This document shows, piece after piece, positions 41,853 through 53,290 of a stretch of DNA of 64,000 nt; position 1 is the first letter of the stretch; the number at the start of each line of letters is the position of its first letter. The position numbers were made by a program, and so were the translations under genes. The notes beneath the pieces are model-generated. The model saw only the letters and a list, made by a program, of their open reading frames with translations, made no database searches and was not told the DNA's origin. The DNA is from Octopus vulgaris (lineage: Eukaryota): assembly GCA_951406725.2 (NCBI GenBank), contig OX597822.1, positions 3,844,001 to 3,908,000 on the forward strand, read 5' to 3'.

Positions 41853-42408
41853 ACACCCTTTATATATATATATATATATATATCAATCAATCAATATAGG
41901 GTGGCAAAAAAAAATTTTGTAGAATTCTTTTGCCACCAGCGGCCTAGTAGGAAAAATTAAAATAGTCATAGACCATTTTTAAGTTCAACATCAACAATAA
42001 AGGAACGGCCATAATAGGCCATTCACCTACTAGAAATAACAGCCAAAGCTTCAACCGCAAATAAAAGTTAATTCAGTAAACCAGGAGAAAATTTAAAAAC
42101 ATTTACCCTGTAATTTCTTATACGATATACCGTTTCATCTGCTGATTAATGGTAAACTGATTAAATTAAATTTTTTAATTTTTTCCTACTAGGCCGCTGG
42201 TGGCAAAAGAATTCTACAAAATTTTTTTTTGCCACCCTATATTGATTAATTATGAATTTTCTGGTTAATTCCGTAATGGAATCGACGGCTTATATTTATT
42301 TGCTGCCGATAAATTTGGCGCGAGTGCGACGATTTGAAAATTTTAGGTCAGATATAAACTTGGCAACGTCGGAAATGCCTCGTGAAACTATCTGTTCCGT
42401 CTTGGGCT

Positions 42409-42515
42409 ATTTCTTACTGAGGAATCTGAGGGCCTGTGGAAGATTGGCTTGATTTAATTTAATCAGGTTAGTTTACCATTAATCAGCAGATGAAACGGTA
42501 TATCGTATAAGAAAT
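42409..42515 (+). ncRNA. type I hammerhead ribozyme, copy 1 (predicted cleavage after 42507)
   Basis: stem I AUUUCUUA/UAAGAAAU; CUGAGGA 42417-42423; stem II AUCUG/CAGAU with a long paired extension; GAAA 42492-42495; stem III A-CGG uaua UCG-U; GUA^ triplet. Confidence 0.85.
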
Positions 42516-42900
42516 TACAGGGTAAATGTTTTTAAATTTTCTCCTGGTTTACTGAATTAACTTTTATTTGCGGTTGAAGCTTTGGCTGTTATTTCTAGTA
42601 GGTGAATGGCCTATTATGGCCGTTCCTTTATTGTTGATGTTGAACTTAAAAATGGTCTATGACTATTTTAATTTTTTCCTACTAGGCCGCTGGTGGCAAA
42701 AGAATTCTACAAAATTTTTTTTGCCACCCTATATTGATTAATTATGAATTTTCTGGTTAATTCCGTAATGGAATCGACGGCTTATATTTATTTGCTGCCG
42801 ATAAATTTGGCGCGAGTGCGACGATTTGAAAATTTTAGGTCAGATATAAACTTGGCAACGTCGGAAATGCCTCGTGAAACTATCTGTTCCGTCTTGGGCT

Positions 42901-43007
42901 ATTTCTTACTGAGGAATCTGAGGGCCTGTGGAAGATTGGCTTGATTTAATTTAATCAGGTTAGTTTACCATTAATCAGCAGATGAAACGGTATATCGTAT
43001 AAGAAAT
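42901..43007 (+). ncRNA. type I hammerhead ribozyme, copy 2 (predicted cleavage after 42999)
   Basis: identical to copy 1, 492 nt downstream. Confidence 0.85.
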
Positions 43008-43126
43008 TACAGGGTAAATGTTTTTAAATTTTCTCCTGGTTTACTGAATTAACTTTTATTTGCGGTTGAAGCTTTGGCTGTTATTTCTAGTAGGTGAATG
43101 GCCTATTATGACCGTTCCTTTATTGT

Positions 43127-43160
<34 letters not shown>

Positions 43161-43268
43161 GAGAAAGAAGCAACAAGAATGGATTGGTTTTTAGTACAAT
43201 TGTTTCATACAAAGACAGGCTTTATTACAAGTTGCAAAAATTGCAACTTTATATATATATATATATAT

Positions 43269-43307
<39 letters not shown>

Positions 43308-43886
43308 CCGGCAAACACACACGCATATATATGGTAATCTACGTATGTATGAGTCTAAAGGTATATAATATATATTTGATATATACACTATATATGAGTA
43401 TATACATAATGTGTGTGCGTGTAATTTGTTACATATTATCTCCAAATATTTTGTGAAGGTGTTGATATATTCTATCAACCACTCACACACTATTTCATTA
43501 GTACTAGTTAATGTAAATATTTATTATATCACATGCAGTAACCATATACCTCGCTAATCTAAACGAAGTCAAATTTGATACGTTGTATGAATACCTACTC
43601 CACAGCTGGTTGTGTTAATAAATAATGTAAATAAATATAGAGATGAGTCTGCGTGTGTTCGCCTGTGTGTGTGTGAATAGTATATGTGTGCTTGTGTGTG
43701 TGCGTATCAGTGTTCGTGAGTGCAAGCGTGTATGTATCCATAGACCTCACTCGCACACTAATATAACTTGGTGCCATGTACCACAATTTCGCTTTTCTAG
43801 GGTGCTTATGCAGTAGCGAACAGACTTGAGCCAACCAACTCGGCTCTTCTGCTATTGCCAAAGGGGAATATTGTGGATATAAAAGC

Positions 43887-43943
<57 letters not shown>

Positions 43944-44631
43944 GAGAGAGGAGGCTGCAACAATAGTCGGGTAGAATCGATTTTCAGTTGCAAAGTCAAA
44001 TGAATCGCATTGCTCAAGGACGACAATAGCTAAATTTTCGGGAATGAATGCATCACCTTACAGTTGTGAGGAGTAAATATTTTGTCCCAGAGGAATATGC
44101 CTGAAGAAACTTTGTGTACTAAAGATAGAGAAGTCGCGTAGAATAACGTCAGCAAATCATCAGACAACAGTACTTTGGCCTGATTTTCACTTCTCAGTAA
44201 CGAACTGACCCGAAAATTCTGAGCTGTGTCGGAGTATTAGGATCACCTTCAGGAAATACTCTCTGCTGGAGGTTATTGACGACGCTTCATAGAGAAGATA
44301 TTTGATATTGGGTACAAAGTAAATGCCTCAGCCCTTGTTAGCGCAGGTGTATCTTAGAAAACTGGCCGACTGCAATGTAAATATAAACGTTGAATTTCCC
44401 TATAGGTGTTTATCATTTTTGCAATTTGAGGAATAACTATAACATTTTCCACGTGTGATAGTAATAGACACGCGCACATACTCACACATACATGCAAATG
44501 GCAATATGAGTTTAAATTCACGTCCCCCAATAATCTGCCATTCACGGTGCCCCCACAACCCAACCCATACTCCACAATTCTACCCAACATTGCTCTCCCT
44601 CCAAACCCTGTCCCAGTCTAATATCTTGTAT

Positions 44632-44919
44632 ACTAAAGGCGGTGCTCCAATATGGCCGCAGTCGAATGACTGAAACAAGTAAATGAAAAAAGAATAAATA
44701 TATATTTAAATATGATGGGGAGTGTCTTTGTGTATGAGTTTGTCCCCCACCAGCACTTGACGACTGATGTTGGTGTGCTTCCGTACCCCTAGCCTAGCAG
44801 TTCGGCAAATAATAAGTACCAGATTTTAAAAAAGAGCATTGGGTCGATCCACCCGATTAAAATTCTTCAAGGTGATACTCAGTTTCTTATGACTGTAACA
44901 AATAAAAGAATAAGAGAAA

Positions 44920-44920
<1 letters not shown>
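44632..44920 (+). mobile_element. SINE family A 3' fragments
   Basis: AAAGGCGGTGCTCC...GACTGAAACAAGTAAA plus a second, more degenerate 3' half. Confidence 0.65.
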
Positions 44921-44987
<67 letters not shown>

Positions 44988-45193
44988 ATGTATAGTAGAT
45001 GAAAGGCGAAAGATGAAATAGTTGAGAATTTTTATTATTAATCACGACACATGCAGCTTCGATCCCTCACGGATGAGACACTTAACAACTGGTCTTATCT
45101 GGTGATAAATATTGATATATGTGTGTATGTGTGTGTGTACATAAGTATATACATGTGTTTGTATCTGTGTAAGTGTGTGTATGTGTGCTATAT

Positions 45194-45506
45194 CTCCGTG
45201 ATCACCGTGACCGAGCAGGCTATCATATGTTGCTACACATCGCTGGTCACAATGCGCTTCGCATTGTTTTAGCCTTCAAATGACGCCACCCCGCTGGCTA
45301 AGCGAGAAGGCCAACAGAAGAAAGAGTGAGAGAAAGTTCTGGCGAAAGAGTACAGCAGGGATCGCCACCACCCTCTGAAAGGGGCCTCGTGGAGCTTTAG
45401 GTGTTTTCGCTCAATAAACACTCACAACGCCCGGTCTGGGAATCGAAACCGCGATCCTGCAACCGCGAGTCCGCTGCCCTAAACTCTGGGCCATTGCGCC
45501 TCCACA
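45194..45506 (-). mobile_element. SINE family D, tail type 2
   Basis: same head/core as 15891-16280; TSD TGTGTGCTATAT at 45182-45193 and 45507-45518. Confidence 0.88.
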
Positions 45507-45765
45507 TGTGTGCTATATATAATCTAAAATTTAGAAAGCAAGGCTTAGCCCACATTTGGAAGAAACATCACTAGCTTTCGTTTGTCGGGACTGCATACTC
45601 GCAGTTGGGAGCGGGGTTAATAGCAAAATATCATTTTAGCCAACGAATAAAGCAGTATGTCCTGAATTGATTAAACCATTTAATCTACGAAGTTTCGTAA
45701 CTTTACAAGTATATGTCTTTGAGTGTGCATGCGTGTGTATGCGTGCTTATGTGTGTGTGTGTGCT

Positions 45766-45803
<38 letters not shown>

Positions 45804-45812
45804 TGTGCATAC

Positions 45813-45850
<38 letters not shown>

Positions 45851-46317
45851 TTGTGTGTGTGTATACACGCACACATACTCGCACATTAGGGGAAAATGTG
45901 CGAAAGTTTCCTTTTTAAGTTACATTAAATATTTCTAAATTCTTTGATATATTTAATTGAATCAAAATAATTAATAGCTTTAAATAAAGTTTTAATTAAA
46001 TGATAATTAATAAGACAAAGTTTTATGTGTGAAAGATGAAAATTTCAACTTGACTTTCTTTCAAATTTAATAATTTAATCTTAACGATTTCTAAATTGCG
46101 AAAAGTAGAATAAAACGGAGGAAAGAGTGGAAACGTGAGGTTAAGGTCATTTAAATTGATTTGTACTTTTATCTTTCCAGTATCGATACAAATATCTATC
46201 AGTCATACTCAGGGGTAGATCAAATCTTTTATATCCTCTTTTAGCATTTATTGTGTTGTGTTTATGTTAGGAATTCCTATCATAAGAGCAATCGTAGCAA
46301 ATTCCGTAGAACGCGTA

Positions 46318-46474
46318 TACTCTTTACTCTTTTACTCTTTTACTTGTTTCAATCATTTGACTGCGGCCATGCTGGAGCACTGCCTTTAGTCGATCAAATC
46401 GACCCCGGGACTTATTCTTTGTAAGCCCAGTACTTATTCTATCGGTCTCTTTTTGCCGAACCGCTAAGTGACGT
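46318..46474 (-). mobile_element. SINE family A, 5'-truncated
   Basis: (ACTCTTTT)n tail plus the 3' body. Confidence 0.8.
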
Positions 46475-46648
46475 ATCTAACTTTAAATACTGTTTTGTTT
46501 AACGCTTGCCGCTGTCCAGTTTGGTCTGTTCTGAATTCAGAACGTAAAGAATGACAAAATGCCGCTAAAGAAGTTTGCGCGGCGCAGCAACGAATCTGTC
46601 AGCTTGCCGCCTCAAGAAGAAGAACAACAACAACAGTAACAACAGCAG

Positions 46649-47070
46649 TGTGGAGGCGCAATGGCCCAGTGGTTAGGGAAGCGGACTCGCGGTCGTAGGA
46701 ACGCTATTTCGATTCCCAGACCGGACATTGTGAGTGTTTATTGAGCAAAACACCTAAAGCTCCACGAGTCTCCGGCGGGGAGGGGTGGTGGACCCCGCTG
46801 TACTCTTTCACCACAACTTTCTCTCACTCTTTCTCCTACTTCGGCCACGAAGCAGGGAAACCATGATGTAACCCACTATGGTGTGGTAAACTTTCAGACC
46901 CTAGTGTAGATTGCGAATCCTCTGTACCCCAGGATGGTTCAGCTCTCCACCCGTTAAAAAACTGCCGTTTACGGAATGATGATAACAACGTAGCTTTCGC
47001 ACCGGTGCAACCGCCAGTCTACCGCGTGTGGTGGGTGGATCTTCACGTTGGCACGCGCATTCTTAATAGC
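46649..47070 (+). mobile_element. SINE family D, tail type 3
   Basis: head TGTGGAGGCGCAATGGCCCAGTGG; the core matches other D copies to ~46832, then the sequence diverges; 3' end approximate. Confidence 0.75.
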
Positions 47071-47291
47071 TTAAAGTAGGCTCGAATTAGAGATTATTCT
47101 TTGTGACTCATGTCGTGTCTTGACAAGGAAGAGCAACAACAGCAACAACAACAGTTATTCTTCCAAGGCGTGGGAAGAAGTAAACCATACTTAAAATATG
47201 ATGCATAAACTGCATTAAAAAATTGTCTACGTACTGTACGAGTTGCTGCATGTGTAAGCATGTGTAAGTTTATTGTGCGTGAATATGCACA

Positions 47292-47322
<31 letters not shown>

Positions 47323-47530
47323 TGACTCACACATGCAAATGAATAGATTTTCATATTAAGCATGTAGTATACGTGCGCGTCTCTGTTTACTTTCTCCACT
47401 TATGGTGGATAGATTACTGAGGTTCCTAAAACATCACTACTTTGTAGGAGGTCGATCCTGTATGCTTTACAGATAATTCAAAGTCTGCTGGGTGGAATGA
47501 AGAGTAAAACTATGAGCCCATACTCTAAAC

Positions 47531-47682
47531 CAGTGATTCCCAACCTATGGTCCGCGGACCTCTAGTAATCCGCAAAGAAAGTGAGCTAAATTCACTGACA
47601 GACCTTGCAATATCCTGGGGTCTGTGGGAAAATTCATTTAAATAAAAGAAGTCTTTAGTAGTGAAAAGTTTGGGAACCACTG
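47531..47682. mobile_element. hAT (Charlie-like) MITE
   Basis: TIRs CAGTGATTCCCAAC / TTTGGGAACCACTG; 8-bp TSD CTCTAAAC / CCCTAAAC. Confidence 0.85.
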
Positions 47683-48480
47683 CCCTAAACCCTCCCCCGT
47701 CACCATCCATTGACCAGGCAGCCATTAATTTCATATTGTGTTTCTCTACCAGTTACATCACAACAATTGAAGGGTCTTCTTTTCTTATTGGGGAAGAGAG
47801 TCTCCAAAATAATACATTCAACATGCACTGTTATTCAGCACGATAGCAGTGGTCAGTAAAGGCTATCCTACATTGAGGTAAGTGACATGTGTACCTCGTA
47901 TCACATTGGTATTGTTTTCACGGCAAAATATCTTCTGGTGTCGAATGAGAAACCATGGTATATACCTTATTCTCCATCACACAAATTTTCAAATGTTACA
48001 GAATGTTCTCACAACAGAAGTACAACATTGTGGTCTTTGAAATATTGTGTCTCTGCCAATTACATCAAAGTATCCAAGTCTTCATTCTCTATAAGGGAAG
48101 GAAAGTCTGCAAAATAAACATGTCCTGATATTCAGTACATAAGTTGCCATCAAAGATTATCATGCGTTGAGCAGGATATTAGTAGAGTTAAGTGAAATAC
48201 GTTCAGAAATCACTTTGGTAGTGTACTTACGACGCAATATCTTCTGGTACTATGATCCCATGAAAAAAGCCTGTTATGCAGCATCGTGGCGAAGTTGAAG
48301 CCCCTTCTTCATCACCCAAGTTTTGGCATCTTAAAGAAGAATATTCTCACTACAGAAAGACAGCATTGTTGACTTTCGAATATTTGGTTTCCAAATGTTG
48401 TAAAGCAAGTTACAGGTTTGTCATTAATGCCAGGAAGTCTCTCTTGCCCTAAAGGCAGTGGATTAACAATTGTACAAAGT

Positions 48481-48867
48481 GTTGTGGCACTCTGTCTGTT
48501 ACGACGACGAGGGTTCCAGTTGATACGATCAAAAGAACAGCCTTGCTCGTGAAATTAACATATAAGTGGCTGAGCACTCCACAGACACGTGTACACTTAA
48601 CATAGTTCTCGGGGAGATTCAGTGTAACACAGTGTGCGACAAGGCTGGCCATTTGAAATACAGGTACAAGAGAAACAGGAAGAAAGAGTGAGAGAAAGTT
48701 GTAGTGAAAGAGTACAGCATGGTTCGCCACCACGCCCTGGCGGAGCCTCGTGGAGATTTAGGTGTTTTCGCTCAATAAATACTCACAACGCCCAGGCTCG
48801 GAATCGAAACCGCGATCATATGACCGCGTGTCCGCTGCCATAACCACTGGGCCATTGCGCCGCCACA
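48481..48867 (-). mobile_element. SINE family D, tail type 1
   Basis: colinear with 15891-16280; TSD ATTGTACAAAGT. Confidence 0.9.
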
Positions 48868-49744
48868 ATTGTACAAAGTACTTAACAATGGATTAAACAT
48901 TCGCGTTACTCATTCTCATACAGTTCGTGAGTATATTTATGTTTAATTAGATTATATTTAGAGAAAGTGCGTGTGAAACTGTGATATATCCAAGCACTCC
49001 CATGGCTGTCAGGAGTCCGAATGAAATGAAATTGCACGAAAATCGCTTTCATTTTATTATTTATGTTTTGTTCTGCAGCAAAATCTACACTCCAAACGAC
49101 TGTATATTAATTAGCTAAAGAAATGAAACAAAATTTTTTTGCAAATTTACCCCATATCCAAATCAAGGCATTCCCGCTTTTAGACAACCATAGTTGTCTG
49201 CAAATCGTAAATTTAACCTCGGTGGCGAAAACATTGAATTCCACTTCCACCCAACTTCGCGTCACGTTTCTCTAAACGAATAATAAGCATACTGCCTCCA
49301 GTTAAAACGTGCGTCTGGAGAGATGAAGGACTGATAGTAATAAATTTCATCGAAACATTTTTGTCTTATAAAAGATAAGCTCGTAAAAGAATATAACAGA
49401 TGAGATGGCGGACAGCTTCATGGCGTCAACTATTAGCTTATTTATTTATTTATTATTTATCTTTTCTTATATAAACATGGGTGTGTGTCTATAGATATAT
49501 AGGTATGTATGTATGTAAGTGTATGTTTATGTGTAAATGTATATAAATGCGTGTAATTTATATGTATATAGATATGCATAAATACACACATACATGCACA
49601 CACATACATACACACATACATACAAGTGCACACTCATAGCTACATATATTTCTTCATATCACCAAATATGTAGGTCACAATATGGAGGTTATTTTTTAGA
49701 TTTGCATTTAAGTTACAGTCGTCGTTGCTATTGTTTTGTTGTGA

Positions 49745-49781
49745 TTGTTGTCGCTGCTGTTGTTGTTGTTGTTGCTACTGC

Positions 49782-49838
<57 letters not shown>

Positions 49839-49839
49839 T

Positions 49840-49891
<52 letters not shown>
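49745..49891. repeat. (GTT)n(GTA)n(GTT)n microsatellite
   Basis: direct reading. Confidence 0.95.
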
Positions 49892-49892
<1 letters not shown>

Positions 49893-50020
49893 ACTTCAGG
49901 ACCGCAATGTTTGAGCAGACCTGTCTTCAAAGGCTCTTCAGATGTGACACCCCTGCACTTTGGCGGGTCTCCAAGACTAAATTGTCCAAGTCCTTTCTTC
50001 CCTTCTATGATTTTAGAAAG

Positions 50021-50396
50021 GCGAGTTTCGGTTGAAAAGTTGATAGGCCGACCATGATACTCTCATGCAACGTAACAAAATAAGGTTTATTCTTCGACGT
50101 AATCCCACTTGAGCTCTACACACTTCTTCCGTCGGTCTTGCAGTGCTTGGATCCCATTCTTTTACTCTTTCACTCTTTTACTTGTTTCAGTCACTTTGAA
50201 TGTGGCCATGCTGGAGCATCGCCTTTAGTCAAGCCAATCGACCTCAGGACTTATTCTTTGTAAACCTAGCACTTATTCTATCGGTTCTTTTTACCAAACC
50301 GCTACGTTACGGGGACGTAACACACTAGCATCGCTTATCAAGCGATGTTGGGGGGGACAAACACAGACACACAAACGTATATACACACATGCACAG

Positions 50397-50473
<77 letters not shown>

Positions 50474-51606
50474 CATATATACGACGGAATTCTTTCAGTT
50501 TCCGTCTACCAAATCCACTCGCAAGGATTTCGTCGGCTCGATGCTATAGAAAAAGACACTTGCCCAAGGTGCCATGCAGTAGGACTGAACCCGGAACCAT
50601 GTGGTTGGTAAGCAACCTACTTATCTGGTCAAGAAACCTTCATCTTGCTAGTCAACAGCAGATGTAAAGTCGTCATCACTGCCATACTGGTTCCCAGCCA
50701 AGAGGGTTTTGTTTTTCATATTGGGAGATAGATGATAGTTAGATATGGTCAAATCAGGAGAATTGGTAGGCTGATCAACCAGTTCAAATCCACAGTCACG
50801 CACAGCAGCCATTGAAACCAAGGACTTGCGTGTTGGAGCATTGTCTTGATGAAACAAGATCCTTTTTTGACTGTTTTCCTGGGCATTTTGTCTTGATAGC
50901 CCTTCGTAACTGCCTCAGCAGGTTGACATAATACTCTTCATGAAACGGCCATGGACTTCTTTGGAGCAGGTGAAGAGGAGTGTTTCCACTGCATGGATAG
51001 TTTCTTTCTCTCTGACTCAAAGCAATGAACCTAACTCCCATCCTGACTTAGGAAACATTCAAGGAAACCAGCTGGAACTCCTTAAAACATTGTCACATTT
51101 TTCCCGTGGTGAAATCAGCCTGGTGCGCTTTTGATCATGCCAAGTTCATTATGCACAATATTCTCAGATATGCGAAGAGCATTGCCTATTTGCTTTAAAG
51201 TCAATCGCCTCTCATCCATCACCATGTGGTGAACATGATCGATGTGTTTCTCGGTGGTGGCAGTTGCAGGACTTCAAGACTTTGGGCCATATTCAAGACT
51301 CTCCCCTATTAAATTCAGCTGCCCACCTTTGCACTCTTGATAAAGCTGAAGCATCACCCCATAATTTAGCAAGCATGTCCTTGGGGAGCTATACCCTTTT
51401 CCTGCAGGTACTTCATAACATGACGAGGCCAATTTGTCCATTTTCAAGGGAAGTCGCTACTAGCTACATTTGAAGTTTTCTTTGAGCAGTCAGATATGAC
51501 ATTACCTGGAAACAATTCCGTTATTTATGAGAAGAGTTGAAAGTGATGTATGCGAAGCATCACCCCTCTTCATAGGCAGCCGATGAACTTTTCAGCCTAC
51601 CCCCAT
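50021..51606 (-). mobile_element. decayed mariner (DD34D), interrupted by a family A SINE
   Basis: TIR remnants GGTTGAAAAGTT / AACTTTTCAGCC; YYVNLLRQLRRAIKTK and FHQDNAP...GFELVDQP.NSPDL motifs. Confidence 0.8.
50158..50623 (-). mobile_element. SINE family A nested in the mariner
   Basis: colinear with 35695-36099, with an expanded internal (TA)n. Confidence 0.85.
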
Positions 51607-51880
51607 GTTTCAAGAGGCAGTTCGATGTCATGGCTAACAGGTCTAGAAATTTCCCCATAAAAGTTTTTCCGTTGACTCGTTCAGGTTTCTGTTTCTTATT
51701 ACAGTTTTATTGTTTTGCTATGTCGTCGTTATTGTTCTTATGATTCAACATACGCCGAGGTTGACTTAGCCGTTCTTTTATTCCCGGTCGATAAGAGAAA
51801 TATCAGCTGAGCCCTGGGGTCGAGGTAATCGACTATCCCGTCCCCACCAAATTTCAGGTCTCGTGCCTTTAGTAGAAAGG

Positions 51881-52080
<200 letters not shown>

Positions 52081-52129
52081 AGGGCTCCAATGATAAATCA
52101 CGAAGTTACAACCTAGATAATTTCTTTGA

Positions 52130-53070
52130 TCTTAGCACTTGAGGATTTCATATTTCAAGTCGTTGTAACACACTGCTATTTCTTTTCTTTCTACTCCTGT
52201 CCTTGATTATTATGTCTGGCCGATTAGCTTCGATATTTTATCGTCGGTTTGAACAGACATTTTCCCGGATGATCGTCATGTACTTTGTTTGATAAATGTT
52301 TATACCATTTTTTGTTTGATTTTTATGTTGTAGTGTCGACATATTGCCCAGTGGATATAACTTTTTATTCGGTTGTGTCTGTACATATATTCAGATTTGG
52401 TTCGAAATTGTCAGCCGGAGATGATATGATCAACTGCCTCCTGGTGCTGACTGCATAATTTGTATTTCGTGTTAGGGCCTGTTTTCATTATTTTGCTTTC
52501 ATAGTTGCTTGTGGTCAGGCATTGGTTATATGCGCCGAGAATCAGTCCTTTCCGTTTCTGCTTTTAGTCCAGAAGTTTGAGTCATTGTTGGTATTTATTT
52601 AGGCTCACATGTCTGTCAAGCCTTGCAGAGTATTGATCCAGTAGTGATTTTCTCTCCATTTCTTCTTTAGTCTGTTGTAGTTATGTTTTTATATTATTTT
52701 TCGTATCTCTTATCATTTGCACTGTGTTGCCAGTGTTTCAATGTAGTTTGTTTCTATTCTGTATTTTATCTTGTTCATAGAGAAAAGCGATTTATTTTAT
52801 TGTTTTATTACATGTGGTAGCTTCCCTCTATTTATTTCTAAGTAATTTCTAGTCCAACAGTCGTTATACTCTATAACAGTTCTCTATCTGTGTCAGGCCA
52901 TGTCTGGCTTCTGAATGGGGTAGATATATTCCGTCGGCGTCTACTTTGGGATAGTGAGTGTGGTAAACCGTTAATATTTTCCTAGTTTTTCTAAGTTTCT
53001 TAATTCCCTATTCTTCCAGTTTATTATTGCTTTCATATTTTTAGCATTGAGTTCAGTTTTTAATATTAGT
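52130..53070 (-). pseudogene. R4/Dong-like (restriction-like endonuclease) non-LTR retrotransposon fragment
   Basis: hand translation of minus strand gives HYPKVDADGIYLPHSEARHGLTQIE, ILGAYNQCLTTSNYESKIMK and VDHIISG*...EYMYRHNRIKSYIHWAICR (zinc-knuckle/RHN region). Confidence 0.7.
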
Positions 53071-53074
53071 GTAT

Positions 53075-53290
53075 CTCAAGGCGGGAAGCTCCCCACGAAC
53101 TTTGCTGGTCTTGTGAATGAAACAATTCACCTTACCCTCTCAAGTGGTCCATAATCACCCACGCCAAACCATACAGCAGCTATAACAAGTGTGATCTCTG
53201 CATAGCTGAAGTCTTAGCTATTTTGCAATCCACGGATTGTCTTAATGAAGGCAGTAGTATAACTTTTACCTGCGAACATCAACCACTAAA
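53075..53290 (+). pseudogene. Penelope-like GIY-YIG endonuclease C-terminal fragment
   Basis: hand translation PYPLKWSIITHAKPYSSYNKCDLCIAEVLAILQSTDCLNEGSSITFTCEH fits the KWSI..A.PY...C.LC..E...LN......C.H pattern. Confidence 0.65.

Larger units (their letters stand above)
41889..43129 (+). mobile_element. candidate retrozyme: ~1.95 tandem copies of a 492-bp unit (42173-43129) preceded by an inverted partial copy (41889-42171)
   Basis: near-identical direct repeat with period 492; one hammerhead per unit; (TA)n on both flanks. Confidence 0.8.

Noticed and set aside
42252-42944. Identical 66-aa ORFs at 42252 and 42744
   Set aside because: They result from the tandem duplication; there is no recognisable domain and the ORF overlaps the ribozyme core, so it is probably incidental
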